A DNA stretch of 61,887 nucleotides, counting the filler, from Kipferlia bialata (taxonomy: Eukaryota): NCBI GenBank assembly GCA_003568945.1. It is 3 parts of 3 records of this genome, joined end to end, with 100 filler letters (N's around TTAATTAATTAA, not from the genome) between each part and the next. Parts side by side here need not be neighbours in the genome. Positions count along the whole stretch, not along the records: positions 1 to 20,596 come from BDIP01000099.1; 2 more parts are not named here. One strand, written 5' to 3'. Position numbers and translations under genes: made by a program. Below, piece after piece: positions 1-12,509 of the stretch. How positions within the stretch are numbered: position 1 is the stretch's first letter; the number at the start of each line of letters is the position of its first letter. The notes below the pieces were generated by a model, which saw nothing but the letters and a program-made list of their open reading frames with translations, was not told the origin of the DNA and made no database searches.

Positions 1-74
1 GTACCCTTTTTTTAAACCCCCCCCCCCCCCCCCCCTCTCTACATGTATTCTCGACATACCTGGTCTCACCCCAG

Positions 75-3000
75 GTCAGAGTCCCTCCTGTCCGAGGTGC
101 GTGACATGCGTGTGAGGCTGACCAGTGTCACTGAGCAGAGGGACGCCATGCGGAGACAGACAGAGGAGGAGGGGCAGACCAGGTATATACATACACATAC
201 TTTAGTATATGTACATATGCATCTCTGTATATATATCCCTCTGACTCTCAGGGACACTGTGGAGGGCGAGTCATGGATATACACTCGTCATACTAAATGT
301 ATTGTATTTGTATATATATGTGTGTATGTGCGTGCCTATCTAGCCACTAACTCCCAGGGACACTGTGGAGGCCGAGCTGAGGGAGAGGGCCAGGGAGGCA
401 GCCACACACGCAGCGGAGGTACATTTCTAGTTATTCATGACTATATATTTATGTTTATATGTATGTATGGTCAGGGTATATATATGCATCCACACACGCA
501 GAGGTACATAGGCGACTGTACGTATATCAAAGGATGCCTGGATCTATCTGGTATTCTTATGCTATATTTATGTTATACAATCTGATACTCATATATATAC
601 ATTCACTCATCCCCTAGGTCGATGGCAAGGGTATGGCTCTGTCTGCTGCCAATGCCACTCTGGAGAGGGATGTGCAGAGGCTGAGGGCACAGCTCGAGAA
701 GTCACACACGCAGGTATATCTCATTCATGCTCTCTCTCTCTCTCTCTCTCTCTCTCAGATTATGTGCACCCTGCGCCATGTATATACGTATATATGCATC
801 TACTATTCACCCCAGGCCCTGCAGTCTGTGTCCATTTACCTCTCTCTCACACACACACACATATATATATGCATACTCTCTCTCTATGTGTGTATATACA
901 CCCAACCTCTAGGCCATGCGCTCTGTCTCTATCTCTGAGCACGAGGGCATAGTCAACAAGGTGCAGGAGGAGATGGCAGGGGTGATCCAGACTCTGAGGT
1001 ACGATGTGTGTAAATAGTGTGTTGATAAGAGTCTATATATTTACATCTTTGGAGTGTATACGGTTAATACTTTTGGCGCTCGTGATAGCCTTGATCCATA
1101 CTGACCCTCCAGACTTGAGGTTGCCTCAGCTGAGACCTCCCAGCACGTATAGAGTATATAGTATATATGCAATCGGCTGTATATTTTACTGTTCGGAACT
1201 ACATCCACCCCCCCCCCCTCACCCTCTAGACTTGAGGTAGCCTCTGCCGAGACCTCCTTACAGGAGCATGTCAGACACAAGGACAGGGAGACGGAGGAGA
1301 GGTGAGACAGTAATGACTGATACAATGATTCATATACAAAGGTAGACATTGTGTGGGAGACGCAAGGACAGTGAGTCGGAGAACCCCCCTCCAAGAGATG
1401 AGGTAAACATATATCTAAAGAATAGAAATAGAATACTTTACCTTCACATCAGAGTGACTGCCCTTGAGCAGGACCATGCTAAACAAGTGTATCTCTCTGT
1501 GTCTCTCTCTCCATATATATATATATATATATATCCATACCCCCCCTTACCCTCAGAGTGACTGCCCTTGAGCAGGACCATGCCAGACAAGTGACACTGC
1601 TGATGGAGAGGGTGACACAGCTGGAGGGGGCAGGGGCACAGGCTAGGACACAGGTATGTATACTTATACATATATATATATATATATATATAGATGTGTG
1701 TGTGTATCTATATATGTATATGTATGAGAGTGACACAGCTGGAGGGAGCAGGGGCACAGGCTAGGACACAGGTATAGATGCATTCACATATATATATATA
1801 TATATATATTTATTATATATATATTGTCTACTTGCATATTCTCATATATGTATGAGAGTGATATGGCTGAAGAGCAGTGGTGGAAGCAAGGACTCTACTC
1901 TTTCATCACATTATGTATGTACTCTTACCTCCCAGACTGCTGCAGCCGAAGCCACCAACCGAGACCTCAGGGCCATGAACACCCAGCTGGAGCAGGCACT
2001 GGCAGAACAGAGGGAGAAGGCTAGTGAGGGTGAGTGTGTATTATGTACACAGATGTGTGTAATCGTCAATAGTTTTTGTCGTACTACACTACCAGTCCCA
2101 TGATATTTATCAGGGTCTCTGTGTTTGTGATTATACTGTTCTAACACAAGCTCTCAACGACGCCCTCCTGCAGTGCCAGTCCCATGAGTTAGATAGGGCC
2201 AGGACAGCGGCACTGGCAGCAGCACAGGGGGAGACAGACAAGTACGTGTATACTCGTAAATGAACGGGTATTTGATGTATACCACCTTTGTAAATATAGG
2301 TAAATATGGATGTTTATCTTACCTCCAGCAAGCGCCTCCGCTATGAGTCCATCACCCAGCACCTGTCCATGGCTGTGGAGGAACTGCAGACCAAGCTGAG
2401 GAAGGCAGTGAGGTGGGGAGAGACGCGTGTATACGATACTGACTATCATATACTTTTAGCATCAGACGTATGTATATACCTAACCACTAGGGAGAGTGCC
2501 GTCCTCAGGCAGCAGACCAGCACCCTCATACAATATATGTATATATGTATATATTGTATAGTATATGATACCACTCTCACTCTCAGAGAGAGTGCCGTTC
2601 TGAGGCAGCAGACCAGCACCCTGTCTGTCAAGCAGCAGAGAGAGGCACGGGCGCTGTCTGCTGAGATCAGACGCTGGAGGGAGCACGTGGCACAGTTGGA
2701 GACGCAGCTGAAGGTGTGTATGTGTTTATGGTATATATATGGCATACAATAGTATGTATATTCCTATGTGTGGAGGGAACACGTGGCACAGTTGGAGACA
2801 CAACTGAAGGTGGGAGATTGTATTTATAGTATATATATTGTGTTCCGTATATTGCATTATCGATGTGTACATCCCATATCCGTACGCACCTTGACCCCAG
2901 GTTGCTGACTCCCGTGTCAATGCCGCCGCTGCCAGGGAGAGACAGAGGGGGGACGCCCTGGCACACAAGCTGGCAGACGCACAGGCCAGGTACAGGGGGG

Positions 3001-5967
3001 AGTGTTATACTAATAATACTGATCTACTCTATTATATATATGTATATACTATTGTGTGATTACTGTATTTATTCTGTGTAATGCCAAGGTGGCAGACGCT
3101 CAGGCCAGGTATGCATCTCGGGACATATGTTCTTGTATTATATATTTGTACTCTCTGTACCTAACACTCCCAGACTAGCCCTGCAGGATGACACCATCAA
3201 TAGTTCACACACATATATATACGTGTTTCTACACACACACATATATATACGTGTTTCTATTCGCACACGTATTGAAATAGTTACTTACACTCCAGACTGG
3301 CCCTGCAGGGTGACACCATCACCACTACCAAGAGGGCCAATGCAGTGCTGAGGTGGGTGTACACGTAACACTGAGGGATTGACTATAGTGTAGTGAGTAG
3401 TGCTCTCTTTATGATTCCCCCTCTTCTGATTTGCCAACGCAGTGCTCAGGTGAGTATATCTACGTGTAATCAGAAGAAGATCATCGAAACTATGACAACT
3501 GGGGCAATTGTATTATTGAGTTGTATATTGGATCCTCACCGTGTAGGGCCGAGCGTGTCACTCTGTCTGAGCGCCTGGCAGGTGCAGTGTCTGTGACAGA
3601 CGTGACAAGAGGGGACGTTGATAGGGCTAAGGGTATGTGTAATATCTCTAAATATATATATATATATATATGTATATAATTTGTGTGTATATGTATCTAT
3701 ATATCTGCAAAATACAGTTAGACGTGGCAAGGGGTGATGTGGTTTGGGCAAAGGGTATGTATTAGTAGAACATCCATTATTACACACATTTCACATACTA
3801 CAAAATCATCTCCATATTCTCTAACCCTCAGATGAGATTGTCAGACTGAGGGCACAACTGGAGCAGAGTGAGGTATGCCTACTGACCACGCATATATTAT
3901 TATATAGATGTTGTATATTGTATATATATTATTTAATAGATGCTATGGTTCAATACTATATATGTATGCTCGGAGTGAGATATGAAACTGTACTGTACAC
4001 ATGCATATCTGGGGAATTATATGTGAAACTATTACCCCCCCTCCCTCCCCCCCACCCCCAGGCCAAGTGCAGACAGAGTGTAGATGCCGCGGCCCAGCTG
4101 TCAGAGTCACTCTCCACAACCGAGGTGGGTGGATAGTATAATATATATATATATACCTTCGCCTTGCATGTTGTTATATACTTATGGATGTAGACGAGCT
4201 GTCAGAGTCACTATCCACAACAGAGGTAAGGGTGTATGACATAATGTGATACAGTTCTTATTCGAAGTAATTTGTAGTTGTTTCACTGAATGCTTCATAT
4301 ACCTCTCCCCCTCACCCCAGGACTCCTCCAAGTCCCTGCACTCAGAGAATGCCAACCTCAGGGCAGATCTTACAAGGGCTAGGTGAATATGGTTATAGAC
4401 TCTCCATATATAACTATATCTAACTATATATAGCAGTATATGTACATTACCAACATAGGTCTGATCTTACAAGGGCTAGGTGGGTGTGGTTATAGACTCC
4501 GCAACCAATTACACTCTCCATTTGAATGCTCGAAGTTTAGTTTTACCAGTATTCGGATACTAGAGTCTCCCTTTCTCCATCTTATCTCTCCCCCCCTCCC
4601 CCCTCACTGTAGGGGTGAGATCACTGCCCTGGAGAACAGGGTAACAGGGCTCAAGGTAACGTAGCTATTTATCCTGTATATCCTGTATATCCTGTACATA
4701 AGTAAATATGCTTAGTGTTGTGACATGATGTACTCAGTGTTTGTATACCATATACGGCCTGAGTCCGAGAAGATGTGTACTATATGCATAATGAATCAGA
4801 AATGTAAGGTCTTACCCCAGGCCGAGTCCGAGAGGTTCAGGGCCGGTGCTGCCAGGGACATCAGAGAGGGGGGGGAGAGGGAGACAGCTGTCAGGTGCGG
4901 TAATTCTTTCCTGCCACTGTTGTCTCCATTACCATTATCTTTTAAACACCACTAGGATATAGTCACATTTACTTCTTTATACACAGATACCTTTGTCACT
5001 CGTAACCCCTAGGAGAGAGCTGCATGCAGCCGAGATGAGGCTCAGTGCAGTCACACAGAAGATGGGGGTGCTGGCAGAGGTATAGTGTAGTAGCGGCTCA
5101 ATTGTGTACATTTAGTCAGTTAAGAAATACTTGTAGATGTTTCCTCACATATCCGTGATAATTCATATAATGTATATATACTCTTCTAATGCTCACTGCA
5201 GGAGAACACCTCTGTGCGTGCCAGGGACAGCAGTGTGACTGCCCTGCTCTCTAGGTCCTTTGCCACGCTGGAGAGTGGGGTGGACACAGTCTTTGACAGG
5301 TGTGTCTAGGGTACACTACCCTTGCCTAAATATACTAATTCAATTGAGTCTCACCCCAGGCTGTCTGCGGAGGTGTACAGACTCTGTATCAGTATATTGA
5401 GTATCTCTATATATATTTCTCTGACTGATACTAATATGTCACTTTAATCTTCCAGGCTGTCTGCCGAGGTGTCCAGGCTGAGGAGTGGGGTCAGAGACAC
5501 AGGGGCAGAGATCGAGAGGGTCAGCACAACCAATGTCAGGTAGTGTGGTGTACAGTGTTTGGACTTATATATATTGTTTTATATATACGCTTATCCCCAG
5601 AGCCCGCTCCCAGCTGCGTGAGATTGTGACCCTTGACAAGATGTTGATGGCCCCACCCACAGAGGGCAAGAAGGGAGCCTCTAACACACCTACAACCACC
5701 TCTATGTATGGGTCTGGTGGGACCACCCACCTGTCCTCACCCTCGTCCTCGGAGTCCTCTGCCTTAGAGACGTCAGGGGGGGTATCTGCATACACTAGTG
5801 CTGGTACTGGAGGTACTAGTGGTGCTAGTGGTACTAGTGGTATTGGTGTATCTTCCTATGGCACCCCTAGTGCCTCTAGTGCAGGTGGCTATGGCACAGG
5901 CAGTCCCTATCTGTACCAGTCCCAGGTGGGGAAGCCCAGTCCACTCAGGAGGAGCCACAGGGAGTGA
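75..5967 (+). CDS. Long coiled-coil protein with Ser/Gly/Thr-rich C-terminus; about 21 exons, 5' partial
   Basis: Chain of short GT..YAG exons, phase-consistent where checked (75-182, 358-418, 618-713, 913-998, 1230-1301, 1557-1653, 1936-2029 ... 5456-5539, 5600-5967 ending TGA). They encode E/R/L/A/Q-rich heptad-like sequence such as ALSAANATLERDVQRLRAQLEK. Confidence 0.8.
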
Positions 5968-6199
5968 TGCGTGTAATAGATACTAGTCAAGTGACTAGAG
6001 TATGTCAGTTTATATTGTAGGTCATATTACATAATTCAATTGTCCACTCAGGAAGAGTGACAGGGAGGCATGAAATATAGTGCCTGCTGTGTCCCAATAT
6101 GTACAGTTCACCCCAACAGCATTCACATTTATTAACCATTTACAATCCACGTCAAGGGTGTGACACCTCTCACTCTCTCCTTCTCTCTCTGTCTGTTAT

Positions 6200-6357
6200 C
6201 TACAGCTTCTGGATGGGTGTTCCCTTCTTGACGGTGTCCTTGAGGGGTCCGTACCCACCGAGGCCCAGTGCCCATAGGCCTAGGAGCACGGCACACACAA
6301 CATCGGCAGCGGACATGGGGACAAAGCCGGTGCGGAAGCGGTAGTAGATGAGGTTGG
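6200..6357 (-). CDS. Orphan terminal exon of a small membrane protein
   Basis: After a ctcacccccag acceptor, the phase-1 frame reads NLIYYRFRTGFVPMSAADVVCAVLLGLWALGLGGYGPLKDTVKKGTPIQKL* with GC3-rich codons. It is out of phase with the upstream CFAP52 exon. Confidence 0.5.
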
Positions 6358-6536
6358 CTGGGGGTGAGAGGACAACATAGCGGAAAGGAGTGGGGGGGGG
6401 GGGGGGGGGGGGGGAAGAGGGGGGAGTGAAGTAGAGAGAGAAAGAGAAAACACAAGTGACAAATTAGAGATATGAGAACTGAACCTGAAGTGAGACACAT
6501 ACATGTACATGAATATTCGTATGCACGGTCACCCAC

Positions 6537-7554
6537 CTTGAAGATGGAGCACTCCTTGGTACCGACCAGCATGACGCCCGAGTTGGGGGAGACAGCGAGG
6601 GATGTGATGCCGCCCTCGATGGCCTCGCTCTTGAGGATGGCGAGGTTGTTCTTGGACAGCAGCACAATCTTGCCAGAGGCAGAGCCCACAATCAGGTTGC
6701 CAGAGGCGTTGGTGGTGATGGTGTGGAGGCCACCGGAGAAGGGTCTCTTCTGGGGGGCGGATGCTGCGAAGACGCGTGTCCTGAGGTTGACCTTGACCAT
6801 GTCGCCTGTCTCTGTGGTCGAGTACAGCCACTGGTCGTCGGCGTCAATGTGCAGGGCGGTGTACACACGCACCAGGGAGCCCAGGTTCACGGGGCTCTGC
6901 TTGACAATGCCAGCGGCGTAGTCAATGTCGAACACCCACATCCTCTCCTCACCCACACCCACCAGGGTCGAGGAGCATGTGGAGGTGAAGGACAGGGCGC
7001 GGATGGCCTTGCCTCCAACTATCCGGCTGCCCATCTTGGCACTGCCGCTCTCCAGCTCCCACAGGACAACCTCGTTGTCAGCACCGTAGGATGCAAGCCA
7101 CTTGTCATCGTGAGAGAAGCTCAGGGCAATCACAGACTCCTGGGGTGAGAGACGGGAACAGATGGTGAAACACCATGTACAGTATGTCTCACCTTGTGCT
7201 GCTGCAGAGTGTAGATCAGCTTCTCCTCAATCAGATCCCACACGCAGATCTCGCTGGTGAATCCCCCATGGGTAGTGGTACCGGAAGCACAGAACCTACG
7301 AGTGAGCGGATAAGAACACGAAATACAAAGATGGAGAATCCTCACCTTCCACTGGCACTCACTGTCAGAACACTAATGTTCTGTGTGTGCTCGTAGAAAG
7401 AAACTGGCCTGGTGCTGTTACCAAGCTCTGCGACGCACAAAGAAGAGCCAAGAGCATAGATATACCGCTCTCCGTCTGCCAGAAGGTATAGGCCGTTCTT
7501 GACGGCTCCATTGAACCCGATCTGCCCCCTAGGGCTAAGCTCGAGCTTAGTCAT
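6537..7554 (-). CDS. CFAP52: CFAP52/WDR16-like WD40 ciliary protein, N-terminal half only
   Basis: Exons 7554-7346, 7295-7193, 7139-6537. LELSPRGQIGFNGAV, ASGTTTHGGFTSEICVWD, TTETGDMVKVN and EGGITSL..VGTKECSIFK are colinear with the first ~320 aa of WDR16 as I recall it. Confidence 0.85.
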
Positions 7555-7747
7555 CTCTCTATACGGTGGTCAAAGGTCGTGTGTACAGGTCTCAGGCACC
7601 AAGTCTGCCGTCTAAACAGGATGCTCATTTTGCAGAATTCTTGATTTTGAGTTGAGGGTGCAGAGAAAGTTTTTGGTTTTCTGAAACTTTCAGACTGAAA
7701 GGACTCAGTATTCCACTCTCTTAGTGATCTACTCCCATTGCCATGTA

Positions 7748-9091
7748 ATGTCAGAGGAGATCCTAGGTTCGCACTCCTCGGGGAATAAGCCGGGACCGTC
7801 AGGGTACCGGTATCTGCATTTTCGGCAACTCTTTTTGATCTACGCACTTGTCCTTCTGGTAGAGTCATACGTGCACAAGACAGCCTATGTTCAGCTCGGC
7901 CTCCGGGACTCGACTGGTCATTATCTACTCTATGTACGTCAGCTAGTACGGGTATCACTCTGGTTGTTGATATACTAGTGAAACACTGTCAATTGCCTGC
8001 ACACCTCCCCTCTCTCACATTCAGTTAACCTATGCGACTGTTACCTGCACGTCGCTCTACGCAGCTGTGTCCTATCTGCCCCTGGTCCATGCAACATTGG
8101 CCACCCCCAAGTGGGAGCTGCTGTTCCACCCCAGGTACCATATACTATAATGCCCCTGTGACATGCCATCCTGTGTCACATCTAGTGTCTATCATATATA
8201 TAAATATTATTGAGCCCCACTCACTCCAGGGGACTATTCCGCCTGTCGCTCTACCACATCTCCTGCACCACTGAGCTGTGCCTGACCCTTGTCTTCTGGA
8301 CCATCCTGGGCATACACACAGAGGGCATGCCTATATGGGCACAGATATGGGCATATGTGGACAACATAGGTACTCAACAACATAATACATAGCTATATGT
8401 CAGGTGCAGGGTTATGTTCACTACAGCCTCACTTTTAGGTGTACATGGCAGCCTGATAGTGTGGCTGCTGCTGGATGGTGTCCGATACGACCCCCTACTC
8501 AGGAGGGGCTACACAGTCAAGGCCTTCCTGGCCCCTCTCATATACTGTGTGGCCTATGTGATACTGGCAGTGAGCAGCGGCATGCAGACTGGGCTCTACC
8601 CCTACTTCTTCCTGGACCCTGGGTTCATGCCATTCAACGTCATGGTCATATTTGTACGTGAGCTGGTAATATGGTTCTATATATACAGAATTCAGTTCAT
8701 CTTCTCTCCAGTCTCCAGATATTTTCTCGCCCCTTGCCTCACTCTGCAGATGATAGGCATCCTTGTGGGCCTCTTCCTGTGCCACCTGTCCCTTGTGGGT
8801 CTCTACTCCCTCTGTGACAGGTGCTCCAAGGGAAGTGGCAAGGAGTACACCACATCATACCCGACCCCTTCCCTGTCCACCTGTCCCCAATGTCTGTGTC
8901 CCATAGTTACTGCCCCATCACTGTCTAAGGGGCATGAGATCACACCTTGCTCTGAGTCACAGGATGACTTCCCCATACCTCTGTTCCCATGTGACTCACA
9001 GTCTGTTACGCGTAGTCATCCAGTCAATCTGGACCTCACTGTCGGGTGGGGGATAGACCCCCTCTCTCCCATGGGACACTCCCTTGTATAG
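7748..9091 (+). CDS. FAR-17a/AIG1-like (rolling-stone-like) multi-pass membrane protein
   Basis: Five phase-consistent exons (7748-7933, 8025-8134, 8230-8369, 8439-8653, 8750-9091). Motifs LY|LTY, VFWT, VHG and YPYFFLD plus about 6 hydrophobic segments. Confidence 0.7.
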
Positions 9092-9424
9092 TACTTACCT
9101 AATGTGCTCCATTGTGACCATTTTCATATCTTCCATTGATACCCCGTCATAGCTAGCTCTTTCATTACTTGTCACAATGGCCCATCATTCCTAGTGATGC
9201 CTTAAATAGAACTACTCTTTGTTTGTGGTACGAGGCCCAATGTTTTGACTGGATAAGTACACTCTGTAACTCTCTGGTGTGCGCCTCGCTCAGGCACATC
9301 TGTGAAAAAGGGTTTGGAGTAGAACAAGCAAAAAATTGTGGGGGTCTAGCACACTGACACATTCTGCTATATATAGCCAAAAGCAAGTACACCCGGGCTT
9401 TTACAGCCAACGTATAGCTTATAT

Positions 9425-10260
9425 ATGACACACAAGGTGTGGGGGATGGGTGCGGGGCCCAAACACGGCTGCCGCGTGCCCAATATCTTCGCATTCCTTG
9501 TTTTATTCCTCACATTGGCATCAGTGTGGGGCTCATATACCCCAGAAATCTCCGTTACAGGTCTCCCCACGACCCCTCTGGCCACCGTAGAGTACACCGT
9601 ATCTGTGGCCATGGATGTGGGCACTGTGTCGGTCCCCATGATGCTTCCTGTGCTTGTGTCCTACACCCACAGCCTGGGTACATCCACCTATGAGTTGTAC
9701 CCTGCCGTCGAGGACAACTACACAGCCGTGGAAGGGCCCGTGACGCTCCCTTACGAGGGCAAGTACACCGTGAGTGTGTCTGCCGGGGGTGTTGACCTCT
9801 CCTCCCTCCTCGCCTCCACATCTGTGGTGGCTGAGCTGGCTGTGGTGGACCTCTCCTTCTCCACCCTGTACTTCGATGCCCAGGTCACAGCTGGGAACCA
9901 GGTCGACACCCACTTCGAGCTCAAGACCAGCACTGGGGATCATCTTGGCGCCCCTTCTATCCGCTGGACTGGGTGTGGGTGGAGCCATACAACCTCTCCC
10001 TCGGAGTTCACTCTGACTGCCGGGTTCGAGAAGTGCTATGTGGCCCTGCCCACCACGGCCTGTACCTACAGCGCCCAGGTGATGTGGGGTGCTGTGGACG
10101 TGGACTCCCCCAAGTCTGTGGTTGTGCTGGCCGGTGCCGTTGACTCTGCAAAGTCATCGGCCATGGCCCATGCCGTGTCTCCCTTGGACTCTGCCTCTGA
10201 TGCATCCACTGGGGTGGCGGTGGGTAACGATGTCGTGGTCACATTCATCCCAAGGGATAG
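9425..10260 (+). CDS. Secreted/surface protein with Ig-like (filamin/invasin-type) beta repeats, 3' partial
   Basis: Signal-peptide-like IFAFLVLFLTLASVWG, then T/V/S-rich beta sequence with VLAGAVDSAKS. Donor GT at 10261, then the N gap. Confidence 0.65.
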
Positions 10261-10388
10261 GTGGGTGATGTAGATATCGATATGTCTATTTTTGTACTCT
10301 GGTCAGAGGGCGGTACTCACATTCTTGTTTGGATATCGCTGGAGGGGGGGGGGGGGGGGGACCCCCCCCCCCCCCCATGGGGGTATTT

Positions 10389-11229
10389 NNNNNNNNNNNN
10401 NNNNNNNNNNNNNNNNNNNNNNNNNNNNNNNNNNNNNNNNNNNNNNNNNNNNNNNNNNNNNNNNNNNNNNNNNNNNNNNNNNNNNNNNNNNNNNNNNNNN
10501 NNNNNNNNNNNNNNNNNNNNNNNNNNNNNNNNNNNNNNNNNNNNNNNNNNNNNNNNNNNNNNNNNNNNNNNNNNNNNNNNNNNNNNNNNNNNNNNNNNNN
10601 NNNNNNNNNNNNNNNNNNNNNNNNNNNNNNNNNNNNNNNNNNNNNNNNNNNNNNNNNNNNNNNNNNNNNNNNNNNNNNNNNNNNNNNNNNNNNNNNNNNN
10701 NNNNNNNNNNNNNNNNNNNNNNNNNNNNNNNNNNNNNNNNNNNNNNNNNNNNNNNNNNNNNNNNNNNNNNNNNNNNNNNNNNNNNNNNNNNNNNNNNNNN
10801 NNNNNNNNNNNNNNNNNNNNNNNNNNNNNNNNNNNNNNNNNNNNNNNNNNNNNNNNNNNNNNNNNNNNNNNNNNNNNNNNNNNNNNNNNNNNNNNNNNNN
10901 NNNNNNNNNNNNNNNNNNNNNNNNNNNNNNNNNNNNNNNNNNNNNNNNNNNNNNNNNNNNNNNNNNNNNNNNNNNNNNNNNNNNNNNNNNNNNNNNNNNN
11001 NNNNNNNNNNNNNNNNNNNNNNNNNNNNNNNNNNNNNNNNNNNNNNNNNNNNNNNNNNNNNNNNNNNNNNNNNNNNNNNNNNNNNNNNNNNNNNNNNNNN
11101 NNNNNNNNNNNNNNNNNNNNNNNNNNNNNNNNNNNNNNNNNNNNNNNNNNNNNNNNNNNNNNNNNNNNNNNNNNNNNNNNNNNNNNNNNNNNNNNNNNNN
11201 NNNNNNNNNNNNNNNNNNNNNNNNNNNNN
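10389..11229. other. Assembly gap (N run) flanked by poly-G/poly-C
   Basis: Direct observation. Confidence 0.99.
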
Positions 11230-11370
11230 GGGGGGTGGGGGGGGGGGGTGTGTGGGTGGGTGGTGTCGGAAGGGAATGACCCTAGAACTCTATGAGACGT
11301 ACTCTCATGCATTTGACACACAATATACAATGGTATTCAATTGTATACATGAATACACCACTGAGCATAC

Positions 11371-11858
11371 CTGGGGGAGTACCTCCATAGCGGAGGTTAC
11401 AAATGCTTGCAGATCATCGCCTACACATGGGTTCCCAGAGACATCCACGCATCGAAGGATGGGGAGACCTGCCAAGGGCTCCAGGGCGTCCAAGGAGGCC
11501 AGAGCGTTGTCTGCAACCAACACAAACCGCAGAGACTTGCACTGAGCCAGGGGCAGCAAGGAGCACACAAGATTGTGGGACAGCACGAGGGTGGTTAGTT
11601 CCAGCAGTTTACTTAGGGGAGACAGGTCTGCCACCTTGTTCCCAGAGAGGTCGAGGGTCAGCAGCCGCTTGCATCTAGCGACCGCTGAAATATCAGTTAT
11701 ACCCATATCACTCGCACGTAACCGGTACACACTCCCCAGTGTGAAATCCCCCGACAGTCTCAAAATCTAGAAGTTAGTCTCTGTCTAGTTATTTCCACAC
11801 AAATCCAAGGGCCCATACTAGCAAGACATTATACCTCCTTTTCTGAAAGCCGTCCCAT
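11371..11858 (-). CDS. Leucine-rich repeat protein, LRRC61-like, 3' partial
   Basis: MGRLSEKE|ILRLSGDFTLGSVYRL..LLTLDLSGNKVADLSPL..LSHN..VADN..VSGNPC. Exons 11858-11835 and 11766-11371. Confidence 0.75.
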
Positions 11859-12014
11859 GGAATGACTGACACACAATGACAACTTGAAGTTTACTTTAAT
11901 TCGAAGAGAGACTTGAAGTTCTCTCAACAAGTCATTTCAGACTCACACAAAAACATCTTACTGAACGCCTGGGGGCCCGAGGCTGGGGGTTCCCGGACAA
12001 CTCAGCAACTATAT

Positions 12015-12394
12015 CTACCTCCTTGGGTTGCGGCCCTTGTAGCCTCCCTTCTTAGCTCCCTTGTCAGCAGAAGACTTCCTGATGGTAAGGTGAACACAAT
12101 CGCACTCAGTATAAATATGTATACTAACCTGGCCTGCTTGGGTCTGTCATCCACAAGGAGGACATCAAGGTTGAGTGTCTCGGACAGCAGGACGTTGCGG
12201 ATGGTGGTTCCCCTCACAACCAGAAGAGGGATAGACTTAGTCTCCTTGTTGGGGACAGTGAGGCGGGCAGCGCGCACAGTCACTGACATGGCGTTGTCCA
12301 CACCCACAACAGTTCCGCGGACAGAAGCTCCGGTCTTAAGCTCAAGAGTCACTGTCTCGTTACGCAGACGCTGAACGAATCTGACGAGCTTCAT
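12015..12394 (-). CDS. SNRPD1: Small nuclear ribonucleoprotein Sm D1
   Basis: MKLVRFVQRLRNETVTLELKTG..GTVVGVDNAM..VRGTTIR..LNLDVLLVDD. One intron at 12128-12079. Confidence 0.93.
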
Positions 12395-12509
12395 TGTGTG
12401 TGCAACAAAGGAAGGCTCGCTGTCACTCCCAATTCCTCCGACTTGCTAAACCGGAGAATAGTCGGAAAGTCATAAAGAGGCACCCTGTTCTCGCCCGAGA
12501 TTGATAATA
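12395..12509. promoter_or_regulatory. Probable bidirectional promoter between SmD1 and the eIF4B-like gene
   Basis: Only 115 bp separate the two divergent ATGs. No specific motif identified. Confidence 0.5.

Noticed and set aside
43..585. ORFs rich in YIYI, SLSL or CVCV here and throughout
   Set aside because: They are read-through of intronic TA, CT and GT microsatellites.
10261..11545. Long ORFs spanning N runs (also 16179-16895)
   Set aside because: They are artefacts of translating Ns.
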